Virus record (IMG/VR): IMGVR_UViG_3300043610_000044
Coordinates: 4,239-68,238 of that record
Length of the DNA stretch: 64,000 nucleotides
Source: a virus
Lineage: Duplodnaviria; Caudoviricetes
Direction: 5' to 3' (one strand)
Part shown: positions 57,931-64,000 of the stretch, piece by piece
How the letters are laid out: each line of letters opens with the position of its first letter
Position numbering within the stretch: position 1 is the first letter of the stretch
The notes under the pieces: generated by a model
Databases searched by the model: none
What the model was told of the DNA's origin: nothing
The model's input: the letters and a program-made list of their open reading frames with translations, nothing else
Made by a program: the position numbers and the translations under genes

Positions 57931-59997
57931 CCACCTGGCCGGCCGGCGCGGGGTTCCGCCCCCCGGACCCCGCGCGGCCACCTACGAGACGGAGACGACA
58001 TGAGTAAGCCGGACCTGAGCGCAGAGATCGCCAAGCACATGGGCTCCTACACCTACGGCGGCAAGGGCGTCAACCACGACCGTGTCGTAGACCTCGTCAC
58101 CGACGATCTGCGGCCGTTCGTCCGTGCTGCCGTAGATGCTGCGTACTCAAGCTTCGATGACGCGACGCGCGCCGCTGGCGGTGCCCGGTGACCGCCCCGA
58201 CGCCGGTTGTGGTGGCGACGCCGACCGCCACGGACGGCCTCGTCCTGCGCTGGTACCGCGACGAAGCCGCCTGGAAACGGTCCGCCGAGTTGTGCTCGGC
58301 CAGCCGCAACGGCGTGTCCATCTACGCCGAGTATCTGCACGAGGTCCCCGTCGGGTGGTTGGAGGCCGCGCAGGAGGCGCACCGGCTGATGGAAGCCGGC
58401 CGGTACGACCAGGCGCGGGAGACGGTGGCCACGCACCGGCCGACGCGGCTGCTCGGCGGCGAGTTGGAGCCGATCGGCGGTGACCGGTGAGTGCCGCGAC
58501 CGCGGCGGCCCTGCTGGTCGCCGCGCTGCTCATTCTGCTGGCGAATCTTGGCGTACTCGGGATCACCGTCAAGCTCTACACCGAGATCCTGAAGGACCGG
58601 AAGTTCGACGTGCGCGAAGCACGATCCGGACACGACGGCGGCCGGCAGCTCCCGGCAACTGGCGGCGCCCGATGACCGGGACCACCGACGTGCCCGCAGA
58701 GGCCATCCTCGTCATCGCTGCCAAGTATCAGGCCCGCGACTACCCGGGCGCCGTCGTCAGTGAGGGCGGCCCCGAGGCGCCTTACGTGGCTGACGTGCGC
58801 GACGTGCTCGCTGCTGCCGCTGAGGCCGGTTGGGTGCTCGTCCCCGAACCCGCAGGGCCGGAGTACCGCCCCGGGCAGCTACTCGGCGCCCGGCACGACG
58901 ACCCGGACCCGACCGGCGCGCTGACCGGCTCCGAGACCATCCCGCCGGTCGGGTCCACACAGGACGGAGAAACGACGTGAGCGAAGACGCAGACAAGCTC
59001 GGCGGGCATCTCGGCCTCTGGTTGTGCGAGCGGATGTGGAACGAGTACGGCGCGCTCCGGCTCGGCGCCGAGAAGTACCGGGTCGCTTCCGCCGAGGACT
59101 ACGAGGCGTGGGGTTACGACAGCCACGACGTGACCGGGCCGACGCTGCTGGTCCGCGAACCCGACGGGCAGGTCTTCGAGATCGAGGTCGATGTGCACGC
59201 CCGCCGAGTCGCACCGTCCACACGGGACGGAGCATCGTGACCGCCTACCTGCTGCTGCTCGGGTTCGCCGCGGTGTGCCTGCTCGCCGCCACGGTCCCGC
59301 AGGTCGCCGCCCGCCGCCGCCACTCCCTCGGCGCCATCGGCCGCTGGCCCGGCGCCACACCCGGTTGGGGAGACGAACTCGCCGAGTGGCTCCGTACCGG
59401 CATCGGATCGGCGGTAGCACGGTGAGCCGCGCTGTGGACGTCCTCACCTGCAGGCTCGCGCTGGCCGCCGCCTACGCCGGCCTCGTCGGCTTCGACTGGC
59501 TGCTGCGCCGGGTCCTGCGGGCGGAGGAGCCGGAGCGGCCGGTGGTGCGGCCATGACCGACTTGACCGGCCCCGAACGCGTCGGCTACGTCGTCGTCTGC
59601 TGGAACCAGGCCAGCGGCCAACCCGACGTCGTCGAGTGGACGTTCAGCCACACGCGGGAGAGCGCCGAACGCGACCGCGACCGGGAACGGGCCATAACCG
59701 CCAACGTCGGCCGCCGCGAGACCTACGCCGTCGCCGAGGTCGTCCCACTCGAGGACTCGACGTGAACCGGCCGGCAGCCGACCTGCGCGCCTACGAGACC
59801 GACCCGGGCCTACTCATCCGCGACCCCGGCGGCGGCAGCGTCAACGAAGCCCGGGACCTGATCGAGCTGATCGAGGACCACCCGGACGGCTGCGGCATGT
59901 GCGGCGGACCACGAACGGACGACAAGACGGCACGCTGGCCGAGACCGCGGATCTTGGACCGGCTAGACGAGGGGCCGACCGCGGGAGCCGAGCGGTG

Positions 59998-60207
59998 ATG
60001 GACAGGTGGCACGGGGCTGGGGCGGGCACGCTGTCGCTGCTACAGGCTTGCCGGCGGGCGCACTGCGGGCCGCCGAAGATGCGCAGGCTCATCGCCGCCG
60101 GCGCCATCCGCGCGTACCGGCCCGGCCGCGAATGGCGGATCAACGCCGCTGACCTCGACTCCTACCTCGCCGGGAACATCCAGCCTAAGGAGAGCGACCA
60201 TGCCTAG
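59998..60207 (+). CDS. Excisionase-family HTH DNA-binding protein
   Basis: RRLIAAGAIRAYRPGREWRINAADLDSYL. Confidence 0.6.
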   Translation: MDRWHGAGAGTLSLLQACRRAHCGPPKMRRLIAAGAIRAYRPGREWRINAADLDSYLAGNIQPKESDHA

Positions 60208-60725
60208 CCCGGCCGACGAACTGCGCGCAGCAGCAGCACATGTCCGAGAGCGCGCAGGGAAGGCCGCTGAATGGTTCGCGGCGAAGGACTTCGAGGACGA
60301 CTACCCGGCGATGGTTGAGAACTGGCTAGGTGGCCCAGTCGGCGAGCACGCCGCCGGGTGGTCCCCGCCGCCGGCCCTCGCCGTCGCCGCGTGGCTGGAC
60401 CTTTCGGCCGCGCAGTACGAGGAGGCCGACGCGGCGCTCTGGCAGGTCGAGTACCACCTGACGCAGCAGGCCGTTGACGCCGCGCTGGCCGTGGCCCGAA
60501 CAATCCCCGGCGGTGAGACATGAGCGACCTCGACCGCATGCTGTCCGACAAGGTCGCCGACGGCCGGATTACCGAACATGACGCCGTCGTGGTCCTCAAG
60601 TTCCGCGACTTCCTACGGCAGGCAGGCCGCGTGGGCGGTCCGCTGACGGATGAGGAACAGGCGTTCCGGCGGCGTTGTCACACCGACCCGGAGTGGCGCG
60701 AGTTCCTGGGGCTGGGGCCGACACC

Positions 60726-61001
60726 ATGACCACCCACGAACTGAAGACGGTCCCGCCCTATTGGGAGGACGTCGCCGCCGGCAGGAAGACCTTCGAGGTC
60801 CGCCAGACCACCGACCGGACGTTCGCCGTCGGAGACATGCTGCGCCTGCGGGAGTGGGAGCCGACCGGCGAAAGCCACGACGACGGCACATACACCGGCC
60901 GGGTCGTCTGCGTCCGCGTGGTGTACCTGCTCACCGGTCCCGGGATGGGAGTCCCGGCACACCTTGCGGTGATGGGCATCGAGACGGAGCCGGCGCCATG
61001 A
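60726..61001 (+). CDS. ASCH/PUA-like domain protein (DUF3850-like)
   Basis: HELKTVPPYWEDVAAGRKTFEVR..DR.FAVGD.L.LREW. Confidence 0.85.
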   Translation: MTTHELKTVPPYWEDVAAGRKTFEVRQTTDRTFAVGDMLRLREWEPTGESHDDGTYTGRVVCVRVVYLLTGPGMGVPAHLAVMGIETEPAP

Positions 61002-61595
61002 CCGACAGCGAAGCCCGGCGGTTCGTGATGGCCATCTTCTACGAGGGCCCATGGGAACGGCTGGCCGGCTGGCTCCTCAAGATCGACGGGTGCACCCTCG
61101 AGCTACGCGGCGAGGTGACGCCCGGGTCGCTGCGGGAACGACTGTCCACCGTCTGTGAGACACGGGACCGTGCGTGGCGGATGCACTACGTCCGCAGGCG
61201 CACCGATCCGCCCGCACGCTGGAAACGGCGCCTCCCGCCGAACGCTGTTGCACCTCGCGGCGCGATGAGCGTAGGCGTCTTGCTGCGCAGCGTCTTCTCG
61301 GCGCTGTTCGTCGGTTTCGCCGTGTACTTCGTGTCGAGAGCGCTGGGCGCACCGCACATCCGGCTCAGACGGTGGCTCGAACGGTGGCTGGACCAGTGAC
61401 CACCGAGACGCGCATCCACCCCGAAGCCGAAGCCCTCGCCGGGCGGCTCCGGGACGCTGCTGCCGCGCTCCTCGACGGAACCGCCGCAGCCGCCCTGCTC
61501 GCCGACCCCGACCGCCGTCCCGGCGGCTGGGCCGGTCCGGTGGACCTCGGACCCGGGGTCGTGCTGTGGGTCACCCTGCCCGCCGGGACGACGAC

Positions 61596-62051
61596 ATGAC
61601 CGGCGGCCTGCGCATCGTGCCCGTGTCGTTCGGTCAGGCGTGCGAGTTCGTCGCTGCGTGGCACCGGCACCACGCGCCGCCGGCCGGCCACAAGTTCAGC
61701 CTCGGCGTCTCCGGCGACGACGGGGTGCTCCGCGGCGTCGCAATCGTCGGCCGTCCGGTCGCCCGCCACCTCGACGACGGCGCCACCCTCGAGGTCACCC
61801 GCACCGCCACCGACGGCACACCGCACGCGAACAGCGCGCTGTACGCCGCCGCGTGGCGGGCCGCGAAAGCCATCGGGTACTCGCGACTCGTCACCTACAC
61901 GCAGGCAGGCGAAACGGGCGCCAGCCTGCGCGGCGCAGGCTGGCTCGTTGTTGCCGAACGGCCCGCCCGGCCCGGCTGGACATGCCCGAGCCGGCCGCGG
62001 GTGGACCGCGGCACCAGCGGCGTCCAGCGGACCTTGTGGGAGGCGGTGTGA
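61596..62051 (+). CDS. XF1762-family (Mom-like GNAT) putative DNA-modification protein
   Basis: ACEFVAAWHRHH, GVAIVGRPVARHLDDG.TLEVTR..TDGT.HA.S.LY.AAWRAAKA.GY..LVTYT...ETGASL..AGW. Confidence 0.8.
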   Translation: MTGGLRIVPVSFGQACEFVAAWHRHHAPPAGHKFSLGVSGDDGVLRGVAIVGRPVARHLDDGATLEVTRTATDGTPHANSALYAAAWRAAKAIGYSRLVTYTQAGETGASLRGAGWLVVAERPARPGWTCPSRPRVDRGTSGVQRTLWEAV

Positions 62052-62687
62052 CCGCCCCGGCCTGCGGCCCCGGCTGGACCGGCCGGCGCTTCACCGACTG
62101 GCCCCGCCGCCCAGCACCGCCCTGCGGCCTGTGCGGCCAGCCCGGCCGCCCCTACCCTGCCGGGGCGCGCTGCGACACCCATCGCCCCGGCCGGCCACCG
62201 CCCACCGTCTACCCGCTCGAACGGCCACCCGCCGCCGAAGGGGCCCTCGACCGGGCCCGTCGCCAATGGCCGACCGCGCCCCTGTGCGCCGCCACCGACC
62301 ACCGCGGACAACCCGCCTGCTACTACCCGCTCGACCCGGCCAACGGGGACGAGGTCATGCACCAGAGCTGCACGGCGGAGTACCGGCGGTACGTCGCAGC
62401 GATGCGGCTGGTCGAGGAACGGCGCCGGTCCGAACCAGCACGGGCAGCGCTGCGGCGAGGTGCGGCATGACCCTCCACGAAGGCGGCAACTACAACGGCA
62501 CCCGACGGCACTACGTCCGGGCGTGGACCCTCAAAGAGCCGCGCGGCGGGATGGGCGGTGAGCCGTTGTGCCGTCTCACCAGGTATGTCTACGACCAGGA
62601 CTGGCACGACAAGGCGGCGCGAAAGGTCGTCGCCGACATGCCGCTGTGCAGGCTATGCCAGCGGGCGGCAGCGAAGGGCGGTGTGGC

Positions 62688-63185
62688 GTGACCGTAGCCG
62701 ACACCAACCGCGGCAGGACCACCGAACGCGCCGCCGCACTATGGCTCCGAGGACACGGCTTCCCCGGCGCCGAACGGACCGTCCGCACCGGGTATCGCAC
62801 CCGGACCCGCACGCTGGCCGATGCTGCCGACCTCAACCTGTGCCCGGGCCTCGTCGCCCAAGTCAAGTCGCTACGACCAGCCAGCCGTGCCGAGCGGGCC
62901 GTGGACGGCTGGATCGTCGAGACCGAGCAGCAGCGCAAAACCGCCGGCGCTGCGGTGGCGCTGCTGATCGTCCGCCGTGAAGGCACCGCCGACGTCGGCG
63001 AGTGGTGGGCGTGGCTGCCGCTGCGGTCCCTGCCCGGCGTCCAGCCCGAGTTCGTCAACCCGATGAGCACCCCCCGGCTGGCGGCGCGGGCGCTAGTCCC
63101 GGTGCGGTTGGCCGTCGCCGACGCCTGCTACCTGCTGCGCTCCATCGGCTATGGGGCTCCGCCAGACAGTGAGGAAGGTACCTAG
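62688..63185 (+). CDS. Holliday-junction resolvase, PD-(D/E)xK type
   Basis: RGRTTERAAALWLRGHGFPGAER, DAADL..CPGLVAQVKS, LIVRR. Confidence 0.65.
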   Translation: MTVADTNRGRTTERAAALWLRGHGFPGAERTVRTGYRTRTRTLADAADLNLCPGLVAQVKSLRPASRAERAVDGWIVETEQQRKTAGAAVALLIVRREGTADVGEWWAWLPLRSLPGVQPEFVNPMSTPRLAARALVPVRLAVADACYLLRSIGYGAPPDSEEGT

Positions 63186-63242
63186 AGTGGGCGGCTTCGC
63201 GTGCGAGATCTGTGGGTGGCTATTCCCGACGGTCAGGTCCCG

Positions 63243-64000
63243 GGTGACCGGATGACCGTGTTCCTCGAATTCCGCACCCCGTGCGCGCTGTGCGGCTACC
63301 GGCTCCGCGGCTGGCAGTGCCGCACCATCCGCATCAACAAACACAGCCTCCGCACCACCGACCGGGCAGGGCTCGGCGCATACGACCGGGCATGCCCCGA
63401 ATGCTCCTGGCCCGCCGACGGCGCCCCGTGGACATTCGCCGGGCTCGGCCGGGCCGACCGCGTCAAGGTGGACGCGGCGCGGGCACGGCGCGGCTGGGAG
63501 CCGCTACCCGGGCAGGTGAGCCCGTGATCACCTGCGTGTGCGGCGCCAAATGGACCGGCACCGGCCGGGCCCATTGTGGCTCCTGCCACCGGCTCTACTC
63601 CGGGCTGGGCGCGTTCGACGCGCACCGCAAAGGCGGCGAATGCCTACTCCCCGGAGACGCCGGACTCGTCAAAGGCGAAGACGGGGTATGGCGGTTCCCG
63701 ACCGATCCGGACGCGCCGCCGTGGTGGGATGGACGGCAATGAAGCCCCGCGACGTGATCGACCGCTGCCCCGGATGCGAATGCACCCGCTACTGCGACGG
63801 GTGCGGCTGCTACGGCTGCTACCGCCCCGCCTGCCGCTGCTACCAGCCGCTGGAAGGCGCGGTCACCCGCCCACCCGACGTCCGCATCACCCCACCCACC
63901 CCGCGGGTGCTCGTGAAAGAAGGCCCGGTCAAGCCACCGCCCGCCTGGTTCAGAGGCCGGCGATGACCAAACACCGAAGCGGAACCGGCGGCATCACCCC
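63243..64000 (+). repeat. Diverged second copy of 1531-2049 (genes 63252-63527, 63524-63742, 63739-63966, start of next)
   Basis: Homology starts at GGTGACCGGATGACCGTG; extra 239 bp relative to copy 1; several substitutions. Confidence 0.95.

Noticed and set aside
63243-64000. Terminal redundancy or circular overlap of a single genome
   Set aside because: The copies differ by substitutions and a 239-bp indel, and their upstream sequences are unrelated.

Overview
High-GC temperate actinobacterial siphophage DNA with HK97-type head genes and no recognisable host chromosomal genes. Gene order on +: replication/early genes (1-7.7 kb); HNH, putative cos, terminase, portal, protease and major capsid (7.7-14.2 kb); an inserted glycan-modification cassette plus a block of Thr/Ser-rich putative virion proteins and a 10x RRGRF-repeat protein (14.3-26 kb); tail (26.4-33.5 kb); lysis and accessory genes (33.5-38 kb). 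A leftward accessory operon follows (38.1-44.8 kb), then an attP-like site with a tmRNA 3'-end core (44879-44904), tyrosine integrase, a repressor/Cro switch and a long rightward early operon (46.8-64 kb). The last 750 bp are a diverged second copy of 1531-2049, with unrelated sequence upstream. This fits two related prophages in tandem better than terminal redundancy. Main leads: (1) a stand-alone truncated PglX-like (BREX-2/Pgl) methyltransferase core, a candidate anti-defence decoy; (2) a four-glycosyltransferase + epimerase + O-methyltransferase cassette inside the morphogenesis operon, behind a possible RNA switch; (3) single genes bracketed by exact 15-20 bp junction repeats; (4) a perfect 76-bp palindrome at an apparent frameshift; (5) a tRNA-sized cloverleaf. 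All family assignments come from motif recognition by eye; no database searches were run.
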